A stretch of DNA of 64,000 nucleotides from the NCBI GenBank assembly GCA_965644315.1, contig CBFFRQ010000014.1:14965-78964 (forward strand), written 5' to 3'. This DNA comes from Caecitellus pseudoparvulus (taxonomy: Eukaryota; Protista; Bigyra: Bicosoecida). Below, piece by piece: positions 37,844 to 48,098 of the stretch (positions are counted from its first letter, which is position 1; each line of letters opens with the position of its first letter). The position numbers and the translations under genes were made by a program. Below the pieces are notes generated by a model, which was not told the origin of the DNA, did not search any database, and was given only the letters and a program-made list of their open reading frames with translations.

Positions 37844-39199
37844 ATGGCAGCAATCAGTCACGCGCCCCGCTTGGGGCCTGCCGAGCTTCGCTCTGAAGAA
37901 GAAGCTGATGATGTGGAGCTCCTGGAGGCGGCGAGGGAACCGATTTCCGCATCGCAACCTTCGCCTCCATGGTACACCCGCCTGCTGGGCTTAGGACTCA
38001 TTGCTGCCTCTGCTGTTGTCTTCTCCATCATGAGTCTCCTTGTGAACATCGCTGCTCACTCCTTCCCAACCTTCCAGGCAAGTTGCTTGGTTGTCTCCAG
38101 TCTGCGCTGGTCCTCACACTTCCGTCTGCCGCTACTTTCCCGCGAGCCACAGATCACCCTGGTGCGCTTCGGGGTTCAAACAGCTATCAGTGGGGTGTTT
38201 GCGCTGCGCGCTCTGGGCTGGAACCTGTCCTCTTGGGTTCCACGCCACCAGCGCATTTTCATGGCCAGTCGTGCCGGCTTCGGCACGTTCGCGGTGCGTT
38301 GGAGCCCGCCCCGCAACGCCCCCCCCCCACACTCCCAACCCCCCTCCTCGCCATGACCGCAGATGGTGTGTGCATTCTGGGCTTTGACGCACCTGCCGCT
38401 GTCTGAGGCCACAGTCATCGTTTTCACCTCCTCCGTGTGGACAGCCGCCGCGGCCGGCCTGCTGTTGAAGGAGCCCTTTGGACCCCCCCAAGTGGCCGCT
38501 GCAGCCATTAGCCTGGGGGGCGTGATCATGGTGGCGCGCCCTGCCTTTCTCTTTGGCAGTGCAGCCGGTGAAGATGGAGCCAACCCCGCTGCTGCCGCTG
38601 GGGCAGGGGCGTCGCTGGGGGGTGCTTCCTTCACCGCGAGCCGCCCCTTCGCGCTGGTCACGGGCTGCCTGTCTGCACTGACAGCTGCAGGGGCGTACCT
38701 TTCCATCCGGAAACTAGGGGGCGTGAACACCATGGCCGTCGTTTTCTTTTACGGCATTGTGGGGGTCCTTGCCTCCGTCGTCATGCTGTTCTCGCTGCAG
38801 GCATGGGCGCCCTTGGGGAGTGTCGCGGACGGCGCACTGCTGCTGGGCATCGGAGTGCTAGGGGCGCTGGGGCAGTGGCTCATGAACGCAGGGTTTCAGC
38901 GGGAAAATGCGGGCATTGGTTCGCTCATGCGCAACGTGGACATCGTGTGCGCTTTCGTGTGGCAAGTGACCATTCTGCAGGAACCCGTGTCGGCTTGGTC
39001 TCTCGGCGGCGCAGCGGCGGTGCTGGTTGGGACTGCCACAATTGCTGTGCTCAAGGCTCGAGCCAAGCCAGATGAAGCGCGAAGCTCACTGCCGCCCAGT
39101 ACTCCTGCTTGTGAACACGAACGACAAGGAGACATTGAGATGGCACGGCTTGTGGCACCGTCGCCGGATCATGCGACCCCACCTGCATCACGCAAATGA
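37844..39199 (+). CDS. EamA/DMT (SLC35G-like) transporter
   Basis: Two EamA halves (LPLSEATVIVFTSSVWTAAAAGLLLKE; QWLMNAGFQRENAG). Introns 38078-38152 (GC-AG) and 38294-38362. Confidence 0.9.
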
Positions 39200-39255
39200 C
39201 TTACGCAAGCACGGCCTCAATGCGCAATGTACATGTATTGATAAATTCACTTTGG

Positions 39256-42200
39256 TCATACTGTGGTGGACTGTTTAGGGCCTTTCTCTTGCCTTGCGAT
39301 GTGGGCAGGCCTTAGCGCCGAGCGGTTGCCCGACCCCACCTGGCGAACTGCAAACACACTTGGCCCGCTCTGCCCTACGCGCGTCATAGGCTGTTCTGCC
39401 TCTGCAAAGTCCTGCACGGACTTTGATGGTGCCGATGCAGTCAACAGCCGCACCTTTGACATCCCCTTGCGCAGGCTACTCAAGTGTGCCTTGACTGTCG
39501 CGGATGACAGCAGCGAATGCGCCACCAAGCCTGCTGCTACTACGATAAAGACCACATTCATGAGGATGACTGACCAGGTCGCCACAGCGTGCATGGCCGC
39601 TGAAGTGCCCTGGTCCAGCAGGCTTACTCCCGCGGCCAGGGTGGAGATGGTCACCAGCAGACTGGCAGTTTCGGAGTGATTCACCAGCGCGAGGCGGTAC
39701 GGGCTCAAGCTTGCGTGCGCTGCAAGGGCTCCGACCATGAGAAGAATGCCAAAGTGCGCCTGGGCGCCAATGCCTGCAGGTGCGAGCAGCACTGAAATGC
39801 ACGCCAGGGCAACCTTCCGGCCTTGCACTGCCGCTTCCCAGAAGTACCGACCTGGGGCGTACGCGGCATAGAGAAATCCGTACACCTGCCGTGTCGCAGG
39901 GGTCTCCAACGTGGCCCTGTGGACCCAGAGCAAAGTCAATGATGCTGCCGTGATGCCGCAGCCGTACACGACGAAAGCAGGGAGTCCGACCCCATACATC
40001 CACGCCTGGTGTTGGGGGTCATCGCAGGATATCTGCACATCCCCCACTAGGAAGGCTCGCCCTCCAATCATTCTGCACGTGAACAAGCTCAGGGCCGATC
40101 GAGTCAGCCCCAAGTGCAGCACAAAGCACATGACGAGGAACGACACCACCATGCCTTGCTCGGGGGGCGTGCGGGCTTGTGCCCTGATGCTCGCAGCTGG
40201 TCCCCGCAACGCTCGCTGCACACTGGAGGCTCGACTTCGAGCTCGCATGGGATTCGACACACGCGTCTCACGAACTGGCTGGGGTGCACTCTGACGTGCG
40301 CCTTGAGGCCCCACTGTGCTGGCTGTCGCTGCGGCATGGGCGTCCTCTGCGGGGGGAGCTTCCCCATTCCTGCGACAAAGTGTGCAGCTCAAAGCCCTGG
40401 AGCCGTCAGTCTGCCAGATCAAGGGCACGAGGAATCGCCAGACGATCAAAATGCCCAGCCCCAGTGCAGCAGGCAAGAGAAGCGTGAGGATTTGTGTGCC
40501 CCGAAAGGCGCTTGTGGAGTCCAGCCCCAAGCAGTCCACGCTGATGAGTGCGTCGCCTACACTGCTGGCAGCGTCAAACACGCTGAACATGCCGCGAAGC
40601 TCAGACGGCCAAGCCAACGGAAAGGCAGCAGCGATGCCCACCTGCTGCAGGTGTGTGAGTAGTACCTTGTTCAGAGCCACATGTGCTTTGGTGGGCGCTC
40701 CCCCAGACGCAAGAGCGCTTCGAGTCAGCGCGGCGACCAACACTCCAGCCACAGCGACGCCGCCCACAACGCCAAGCCAGTTCAACCATGTCGGGGCACA
40801 GCGGATGCATGGCTGGCTGCCGTCACCCTGCCCAGTGTAACCTTCGGCACAGGCTGCACATAGCGGGCCCGTGCGACTGGCTTCGCAGGAAAATTGCTTT
40901 TGGCTGGAAAACACCTTCGAACTGTTCCCAGCTGCCGTTGTGTTCAGGACCGCAGCACCTAAGCCAGGCAGCGCTTGGAATGCCGAGGATGTGTAGTGCC
41001 TTGACGGCACTTGAACAGGGCTCTGCGACTCTCCCGGGCATACTTCCTCTGAAATACAAGCCTCGAAGCTGACATCTGGCTCCCTCCATGGAATTCTGAA
41101 CCAGCCAGGCGCAGCGAGCACACGCTCCCATTCAGCTCCATTGCACACAGCGCCTTGTGGACATGGTCTGCAGGTGACTTGCGGCCAGCGCCCTTCGCCC
41201 AGCTCGTGTGTCGCGAGGTACTCTGCAGCGGCACAAGCAGGAAGCAGCGGCCCAACCTCAGTGCTGCGAGGTCCTCGAAGCACTCGCCCTGCAGACTCAC
41301 CCAGCACTCCAGCCGCAACTGCAACCCAAAACGGCTGTGCAGGTGCATCTGCAATGCGCACTGAGAAGTCCAGCATGCTGGGCTGCTCTGTCAAACCCCG
41401 GCATAGCCTTGGAGTGTCCACATTGCGCAGGATGTCCCCTGCCACGCCACCAGCCAGGGAAACAAGGCGGGTGGAAGCATTGACACGCGAAATGAGCCCA
41501 CCAGGAAGAATCACTCCGAAGGAGACATGCCAAGCGCCCACAGGGGACAGCAGCGTGGCGGCATCATCGGTCCAGTTGAATGCCACGCGTGCCGCGCCAG
41601 CCTCGTCCCTGTACGGGCACACAGCCGTCGGGGCTGAAACCGGCGCCCTGGGTGCCAAGGTGTACGAGAATGAACGCGGGAGCACAGCTGTGTGGCCACC
41701 CGTCAAAGAAATGGAGATATCGAGGCTGAAGACATCAGCAAGTTCGTCAGACGCTGGCTCTGGCACACGCAGGGTGACAATGCTGTCACTGCCTCGTGTG
41801 AACGTTGCGACTTGCCGAGCGCCGATCCGAACAGCTGCAATGTCCGTTTGTGCCAGGCCGAACCCCGAGCCCGTCACTGTGAGCGTGTCATTGACAGCTG
41901 CACTCGAAGAGGAGAGCTCGGAGATCTGCGGTGGCCCCATGATGCGCAACGTACCGAGGGAAGACTTAGCCGTCAAGTTCTGCGCGGTTTGGATCGTGAT
42001 GGTCGTGTCAGCCATTCGCCCCGATGCGAGTGGCGCCAGAGCAGCCGTGTGGAACCCAAGGCACTCCAAACTGCGAATGGAAGTGAACACCAGCTCCCCA
42101 CCTGCCTGGGCACAGGATATGCCAGGTGCACTGCCAAACAGCAGGCGAACACGGCTCCTTGGCCCGTCATCCAAGGCAAGGCCAGTGACTGAAACATTCC

Positions 42201-45200
42201 TGGTCTGCTGGCTGCCTTGAGGCGCAGGTTGCACCAGCCCGCCCAGTACAGTCAGCACTTCAGGCCGTGTGAACTGCAAGGCGTCTTGCAGGATGGTGGA
42301 ATGACCAGAAACGAGCGTGATGTTGATACTTGCTGTCTGTGCACTGTCTGGTGGACGAGGCACGGTCACTGACACACTGGTCGAGGTGCAGCTGCGCACT
42401 GCAGCTGGTTGTGAGCCGACCCGAACAACTTTCACATCACTGGAAGAGTTGCGGCAGAAACCAATGCCAAGAACCTCTACAACCTGTCCACCAGCCGCAG
42501 ATACGAGCGGGGGGACCACTGCAGACACCTGTGGCAGGCTCAGGACCTGCACACCCACGCCTGGAGCAAAACTGGCCTGGGCGCCACGAACACGAACGGA
42601 CGAGGCTGCTCCAGAAACCACAGTCGCAGTATCCACCCAGCAGCTCAAGCAAGTGGCGTTCGACTGGGCCTGGAAAACACATGGGGACCCGGCGATCTGG
42701 ATGGCGACGTCAGCTGCCGTCAGCGCCCGCCCAGGGGGAGACCAGCGTGTGCCATCCGTGCAAAGCTGCATGGTGGCATTCCCCCCAGGATGATTAGCCT
42801 TCCAGGGAAGGAGTGTTTTTGGCCAAATAGAGTGGACTGATGGAGCGGCATACTGAAAGCTCCCCTGCAGGAAATGCCCGCCTGCGAGGAAGACTCGAAC
42901 GGGCTCAGCGTTACCTGCTCCTGCAGGTGCCATGCAGCTGACTTCGCTGCTGTCCACCCAGAACACACTGTGGCAAGCTCCCCAGTCACTCACTTCTACA
43001 TGCAACACATCCGATGCCACTGCTCCGATGCCAATGCCACGAACTGTGATGGCCTGTTCATGCTCTGTGCTGCCTGGACCGCTCGAAATGATTCGCAAGG
43101 GAGTCATATCAGGCGGGGGCACGATCTTGAGCGCATCTAGCTGTGTGAATGCCTCGCCAAATGCAGTGACAGCGATTGGGGGCGCTGAAGTATTCAGCCC
43201 CGCGACAGGCAAGCCGACACATGTCAAGCTCCACACATGCGGCGTTGGCCGGCCCCACACGAGTCCTGGACAGAGCTGCCCCGCGATGAAGAGGCTTGTC
43301 ACAGCAATCGCGTTGTGGCCCAAGTACCGCCCTTGCAGTGTCACATTCACGGTGTTGTCGCTGCTTGCATGTCCGACCTGGACAGCTGGTGGCGAAGCTT
43401 GCAGGAACAGTGGGGCACCGATTTCAATGCCGACGTCTTGGGCAGCTTCCTGTCCGCCCACCGTGACCCGCACTGCCGCTTGAAATGGCAGTCCTGCGGC
43501 CCAACCCTCACTGCCCTGCAGTGCAGGGCGCGAGGGAAGGCGGCAAAAGGCCTCACCGTCGCTGAAGGAGAAGTCACCTGCTGAGATGAGCGGGCACTCG
43601 ATGCCGCCCACAAACACAGCTGCTTGGCTAACATCCACCCCAAAGTTCCTCCCAATCAGCCGCAGTGCTTGTCCGCCTGCGGGATCCGCAACGAGCGCAG
43701 ATATCGGGTTGTCGCGCGAATCTACGACGACTGTATCGAGGCGCGGAGGAGCGTACGAGATTAGTCGCCCCCGGCGCACAACAGGAACAAAGGCTTCGGG
43801 GCCTGAAAGAATCGTCATGCTCAAGTTCGCACCCACTCCAGTGCCCACAGTGCACTCAAGCTGGTCCCATTCAGGCACCTCCACTTGGCTGCAGGGCACG
43901 GAGCCGTTCCCAATGAACAACTGCGGCACGCCCCACATCGCCACCCAGTGCAGCTGCCCCCGAAAGCGGATGCGTGCTCCCAAACCTGGCACGACAATGT
44001 GTTCTCCCCATAAACCCGTGGACACATCGGACACCTCATCAATACTTGCGGTTGGCATACGCTGCCACCACACAGGCAGGCTGGGGTCATACGAACAAAC
44101 ACTATTCGTTCCCCACTTCACGAGCACTTGGCCAGGGCAGGAATCAGCACGATTCAAAGGACCGCTGCCCATGCTGGTTAGGTCCTTCAGAAGGTGCACT
44201 CTGCTTGTGGCAAGGGCTGGGACAGCCCGCAGGTGGGGCGAGAAGCGCGCGTCAATGTCAGCAGGAAGCGATACCAGGGACGGGTGGACGAAGCGAGAGT
44301 CCACAATTCTAAGTCTGTGCCGGTCCCAGCTAATGGAAAGGTCAGGAGAAATGTCTAGCAGGCTGATCGCTGCGGGTTGCTGGTATGTGCGCAGGCCACT
44401 CGCACTGCCCCAGCACGCGACACGGCCATCCGTTCGCTGCGCGCAGGAGAACCCCAATCCTGCAGCCACAGCTGCAATACTCGTCCCAATAGGCAGGGAC
44501 TTTTCTGCGTTCAGGTCGCCAGCAAGCTCCCCGAACTGAGAGAGTTGCCCGCCGAACCCAAGCTGATTCGAGGTGTTGTCGCCCCAACACAGCATGCTCC
44601 CATCCGCCCGGGCAACGCAGGTCGTTGTATCACTCACATCAACGTGCACCACTTGCCCAACATCAACAGTGTAGCTGCTTGGGTCTAGGAAGGGTGTGCT
44701 TGGTGAACCTCTGTCCGCGCACCCACCGCAGCCGAGGTACCCTCGAGAGAGTGGATCCCTGCCCCAGCACACCAAGGTGCCATTCAGCCGAATGGCACAA
44801 GTGTGGTCGCTTCCAGCCGCCACATGCGCAACACCACCCACATTTACTGCGAGGGATGGCGTTATTTCGCCAGGGGCATCTCCGATGGCACCTCCGCTCT
44901 GCGCCAAGCCCAGTCGCCCGTCGCCCGCCGTGCCCCAGCATACAACAGAAGTATCCCGCCTGATGGCACACACGTGGGACGCACCAGAACTCACCATGGA
45001 CACTGGGCCCAGGTTTGGCACGCTCAGACCGGGGTGCAGTGGGGTGTAGCTCCCGCCCACGAAGCCGAGTGTTCCGTAGCCCAGCTGGCCGGACAGGCCG
45101 AAGCCCCAGCACACCACACTTCCAGCGGCATCACCGCGTACTGCACATGTTGAAAGCAGCCCAGCAGAGACGGACACAATGCCGCTTCCAATTGGCATGA

Positions 45201-47523
45201 GCAGCTCAGTGGAGAGCACGGTCTCGCGACTGTCTCCCCAGGTTGTGTCCTGGTCCATGTTCAGGATGGGACCCACCAAGTTGCGGCCCCAGCACCGCAC
45301 CCGTCGATTCAGCCCAAAGATGACGCACGAGTGGAGCTTATTCACCGTCACATCATGCACGTCGCGCACTGGGTGCTCCATATCTGCGTGGAGCGTGCCA
45401 AGGTACTCTCCGACATTTTGACTGTGCTCCCACCCCAGCAACCCGCTGGCTGAGCGCCCGAAGCAGTTCAGCCGATTCCCCACGAACACCACACAGCAAG
45501 CCGACGTTGACGCGCTACAAACCAACTTGTCGACACGTGATCGAAGTGGGTTGTGCAGTACGTACTGCGAAGCATGCAGAGTGGTGCTGAGTTGAAGCTG
45601 CTCGTCCGTCCCAGTGCGAGCTCCGCCGGCATCCCCGCCGATTCCCCGTGACAGGACGCCACCTGCCCCAGACCCGAGGCAAGATAAATCTCCTCGTTGG
45701 CGGATGACGCAGGTCGCGCTGGCGCCCGTGGCGATGTCCACCGCCGGCCCGCCCCACCAGCTGCTTCGGTCAGAGCCTGGCTCGCCAACCTGTGAACCTC
45801 GACCAGTGACCAAGCTGCCAAGTTCTCCATCAAGGTTGGCCCCCCAACAAAACACTGCACCCCCTACACGAATGCCACAGGCGTGAGAGTTGCTGATTGA
45901 CACTCGCACGAAGTCTGAGCCTGCGTTGACGACATCAGAGGGGGTCAAGGACCACGAGGGGCCACCGCCCGACCCCACATTCTGCCTGCCCCCCAAGCCC
46001 AACAGTTGCGAAGCTCCTCCCCAGCATGATATTTGTCCGTCAAGCCGCACGCCACACGCGACATCCTTGGTTCCCACTTCAACCTGGGCCATAGGAGCGG
46101 TCTGCACCAGCAGCCGGGGGCCGTACTCATGCTTGCCTTCATTAACACCCAGTGTGCCCACATTGTTGTCGCCGAAGCAAATCGTCGACGCGTTAAATAG
46201 TACTGCGCACGTCAAGTGCCTGCCAGCTGACACTTGCACAACCGGGCCAGGCAACGGCACTGAGGGCGGGATGCTCCCAAGGCCCTGCCCAGGGATCACG
46301 ATCACAGTGCCAGGGCCGGTTCCACAGGCCCCATGTAGACACTGTCCCCATGCAAACACGCTTCCATCTGATCGCAGCCCAACTGCATGGGTGGTGCCCA
46401 CGGATACTGCGACCCAAGGGCCCTCCACACCTGTCATGCGCAGGTCAGGGGTGACTGGCCGCTGGTCAGAGCCGATGCTCACAAGGGTTGACGACGAAGA
46501 AATGGCGCTTCCCACAAAACCCCAGCATGCGATGGTGTGGTCTCGCTTTACAACACAAGTGTTGTGCTTGCCAGTGGACACCATGAATACCCGCCCGATG
46601 TCCACGGTCCCCCCCGCGTACAGCGTGAGCGTCGCGGGATCCCCGCCCCGGCTGATGGGTGCCTCAGACGTTCCACCCATTCCTAGGGTGAAGAAGTTGC
46701 TGGAGCCCCAGCAGGTGAGCGTGCCATCCCGGCGAACCGCACAGGCGTGCTCGGAAGCCATGTCAATTTGCCGCAGCATGGAGGCAGCACCAGCGACCAC
46801 GGGGACCTGCACGGCAGGCAGTCGCATTGAAGCTACCGCCGTGTCGTTTCCCTCCCAAGTGCTGCTGTTCGTCGCGAGCCCTGCTACCAGAGCTGCGTCG
46901 TCTCCAACTCTGAACGCGTCGCCAGTGACTCGGAGCCAAAGCGCCTGCCCTCCTGGCTGCCCCGAGCAGCCTTCGTTGAACTGTCTGGATGGGTGGGCAC
47001 AAGACACAACTTCATGTTCCAAATTCCAACGCTGCCGCCTTGTCGGTCCCTCTGCACCGTAACAATGCTGCGTGTGCAGCCACGCGTGGGAGAAGCGCAC
47101 TGAAGCGTCGCTGGCGTTCCAGCCCCGTAGCTCCAGCTGCACGGCTCGCTGAACAGTCATATTCAGTGAGATTTGGGGTGCTCCAGCGGCCAGGCCTGCG
47201 GGGCTCCCTGCTGCGTCGCCTGCACACCCCAGGCGCAGAGTCGCGTTCCATGCACCATCAGAACCGTTGTCGCTTCGCGTTCCAACAAACAGCCACACGG
47301 TGAAGGATTCCCCTGGCCAAGCTGATGGGCCTTCTTCTGGTACAATGAGTGTATCCAGCATGCCCCAGTAGGGGGCGGATGTCAACGACAGGGGCAGGGC
47401 GGCGGCGTCGCTTGCGTTGTGCGGCCCGCCTGGCGCCGTCTGTGCGGAAGCTGAGCCGAGCCCCAAGATCAGCGCTAACAGCGCCCCGAGGCAGCAGCGA
47501 ACGTGTCGTTGAGGAAGTGCCAT
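39256..47523 (-). CDS. Giant receptor-like protein: signal peptide, 14 RCC1/BLIP-II-like repeats, IPT/TIG array, Cys-rich region, multi-pass TM domain
   Basis: Single uninterrupted ORF. Signal peptide LGALLALILGLGSASAQ. Repeats of the form xxGxxHxCxxxxxGxxxCWG. IPT motifs (GGQALRLIGRNFG, LTVTGSGFG). Cys-rich CRPCPQGAVC and GPLCAACAEGY. About 9 C-terminal hydrophobic helices. Confidence 0.88.
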   Translation of the reverse strand: MALPQRHVRCCLGALLALILGLGSASAQTAPGGPHNASDAAALPLSLTSAPYWGMLDTLIVPEEGPSAWPGESFTVWLFVGTRSDNGSDGAWNATLRLGCAGDAAGSPAGLAAGAPQISLNMTVQRAVQLELRGWNASDASVRFSHAWLHTQHCYGAEGPTRRQRWNLEHEVVSCAHPSRQFNEGCSGQPGGQALWLRVTGDAFRVGDDAALVAGLATNSSTWEGNDTAVASMRLPAVQVPVVAGAASMLRQIDMASEHACAVRRDGTLTCWGSSNFFTLGMGGTSEAPISRGGDPATLTLYAGGTVDIGRVFMVSTGKHNTCVVKRDHTIACWGFVGSAISSSSTLVSIGSDQRPVTPDLRMTGVEGPWVAVSVGTTHAVGLRSDGSVFAWGQCLHGACGTGPGTVIVIPGQGLGSIPPSVPLPGPVVQVSAGRHLTCAVLFNASTICFGDNNVGTLGVNEGKHEYGPRLLVQTAPMAQVEVGTKDVACGVRLDGQISCWGGASQLLGLGGRQNVGSGGGPSWSLTPSDVVNAGSDFVRVSISNSHACGIRVGGAVFCWGANLDGELGSLVTGRGSQVGEPGSDRSSWWGGPAVDIATGASATCVIRQRGDLSCLGSGAGGVLSRGIGGDAGGARTGTDEQLQLSTTLHASQYVLHNPLRSRVDKLVCSASTSACCVVFVGNRLNCFGRSASGLLGWEHSQNVGEYLGTLHADMEHPVRDVHDVTVNKLHSCVIFGLNRRVRCWGRNLVGPILNMDQDTTWGDSRETVLSTELLMPIGSGIVSVSAGLLSTCAVRGDAAGSVVCWGFGLSGQLGYGTLGFVGGSYTPLHPGLSVPNLGPVSMVSSGASHVCAIRRDTSVVCWGTAGDGRLGLAQSGGAIGDAPGEITPSLAVNVGGVAHVAAGSDHTCAIRLNGTLVCWGRDPLSRGYLGCGGCADRGSPSTPFLDPSSYTVDVGQVVHVDVSDTTTCVARADGSMLCWGDNTSNQLGFGGQLSQFGELAGDLNAEKSLPIGTSIAAVAAGLGFSCAQRTDGRVACWGSASGLRTYQQPAAISLLDISPDLSISWDRHRLRIVDSRFVHPSLVSLPADIDARFSPHLRAVPALATSRVHLLKDLTSMGSGPLNRADSCPGQVLVKWGTNSVCSYDPSLPVWWQRMPTASIDEVSDVSTGLWGEHIVVPGLGARIRFRGQLHWVAMWGVPQLFIGNGSVPCSQVEVPEWDQLECTVGTGVGANLSMTILSGPEAFVPVVRRGRLISYAPPRLDTVVVDSRDNPISALVADPAGGQALRLIGRNFGVDVSQAAVFVGGIECPLISAGDFSFSDGEAFCRLPSRPALQGSEGWAAGLPFQAAVRVTVGGQEAAQDVGIEIGAPLFLQASPPAVQVGHASSDNTVNVTLQGRYLGHNAIAVTSLFIAGQLCPGLVWGRPTPHVWSLTCVGLPVAGLNTSAPPIAVTAFGEAFTQLDALKIVPPPDMTPLRIISSGPGSTEHEQAITVRGIGIGAVASDVLHVEVSDWGACHSVFWVDSSEVSCMAPAGAGNAEPVRVFLAGGHFLQGSFQYAAPSVHSIWPKTLLPWKANHPGGNATMQLCTDGTRWSPPGRALTAADVAIQIAGSPCVFQAQSNATCLSCWVDTATVVSGAASSVRVRGAQASFAPGVGVQVLSLPQVSAVVPPLVSAAGGQVVEVLGIGFCRNSSSDVKVVRVGSQPAAVRSCTSTSVSVTVPRPPDSAQTASINITLVSGHSTILQDALQFTRPEVLTVLGGLVQPAPQGSQQTRNVSVTGLALDDGPRSRVRLLFGSAPGISCAQAGGELVFTSIRSLECLGFHTAALAPLASGRMADTTITIQTAQNLTAKSSLGTLRIMGPPQISELSSSSAAVNDTLTVTGSGFGLAQTDIAAVRIGARQVATFTRGSDSIVTLRVPEPASDELADVFSLDISISLTGGHTAVLPRSFSYTLAPRAPVSAPTAVCPYRDEAGAARVAFNWTDDAATLLSPVGAWHVSFGVILPGGLISRVNASTRLVSLAGGVAGDILRNVDTPRLCRGLTEQPSMLDFSVRIADAPAQPFWVAVAAGVLGESAGRVLRGPRSTEVGPLLPACAAAEYLATHELGEGRWPQVTCRPCPQGAVCNGAEWERVLAAPGWFRIPWREPDVSFEACISEEVCPGESQSPVQVPSRHYTSSAFQALPGLGAAVLNTTAAGNSSKVFSSQKQFSCEASRTGPLCAACAEGYTGQGDGSQPCIRCAPTWLNWLGVVGGVAVAGVLVAALTRSALASGGAPTKAHVALNKVLLTHLQQVGIAAAFPLAWPSELRGMFSVFDAASSVGDALISVDCLGLDSTSAFRGTQILTLLLPAALGLGILIVWRFLVPLIWQTDGSRALSCTLCRRNGEAPPAEDAHAAATASTVGPQGARQSAPQPVRETRVSNPMRARSRASSVQRALRGPAASIRAQARTPPEQGMVVSFLVMCFVLHLGLTRSALSLFTCRMIGGRAFLVGDVQISCDDPQHQAWMYGVGLPAFVVYGCGITAASLTLLWVHRATLETPATRQVYGFLYAAYAPGRYFWEAAVQGRKVALACISVLLAPAGIGAQAHFGILLMVGALAAHASLSPYRLALVNHSETASLLVTISTLAAGVSLLDQGTSAAMHAVATWSVILMNVVFIVVAAGLVAHSLLSSATVKAHLSSLRKGMSKVRLLTASAPSKSVQDFAEAEQPMTRVGQSGPSVFAVRQVGSGNRSALRPAHIARQEKGPKQSTTV

Positions 47524-48098
47524 ACCAAGCACTTATCCGCTGCTTGGGCTCCACGCCAGTTGGCCTCCCTGCGGCCACTAAGCAAGCCCTGGCCCCAGGA
47601 ACTGGAGTGCCGCACACACACACACACACGGCCGCTTCGATATGTGCGGGTGCTGCAGGTACCCCTGCCTGCAAAGTGCCCACCACGGGTTTCAGCAACA
47701 AGTAGGGGGATGGGAATCACACAACTCTGAATTAACGTGCACATGTTTCGCGGGTTTCTTTTTTTTTGGCCAGGGAGCAAGGACGCCGCGTGGCCGCGTC
47801 TGCCCATGGCACTCGGACGCTGTGGCGTGCTTTCAGGCATTCCAAGTCCAGCCCCCGGACACATCATTCTGCTCAACAAATATCCTTCCTCAATTTGTGT
47901 TTCGTCTTTCCCCTGAAGCCCTTTGCGTCTGGCCTGCTCCTCATAGCATCCAGCTCGGCGCGTTCAGCAGCGTTTCACGCTGGCGTTTCGTCAAGCAAGT
48001 GGCTCGAGCAGCAATCGTTCATTGCACAGCTGCCGCGTCAGAATCCCTTCAGATCTTCCTCTTGTTGAAGTCAACAGATAGGTATTTTCTCCGGAGAC

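Noticed and set aside
47600-47770. CA microsatellite and T-run between divergent genes as a Pol III ncRNA
   Set aside because: No tRNA cloverleaf, A/B boxes or recognisable snRNA sequence.
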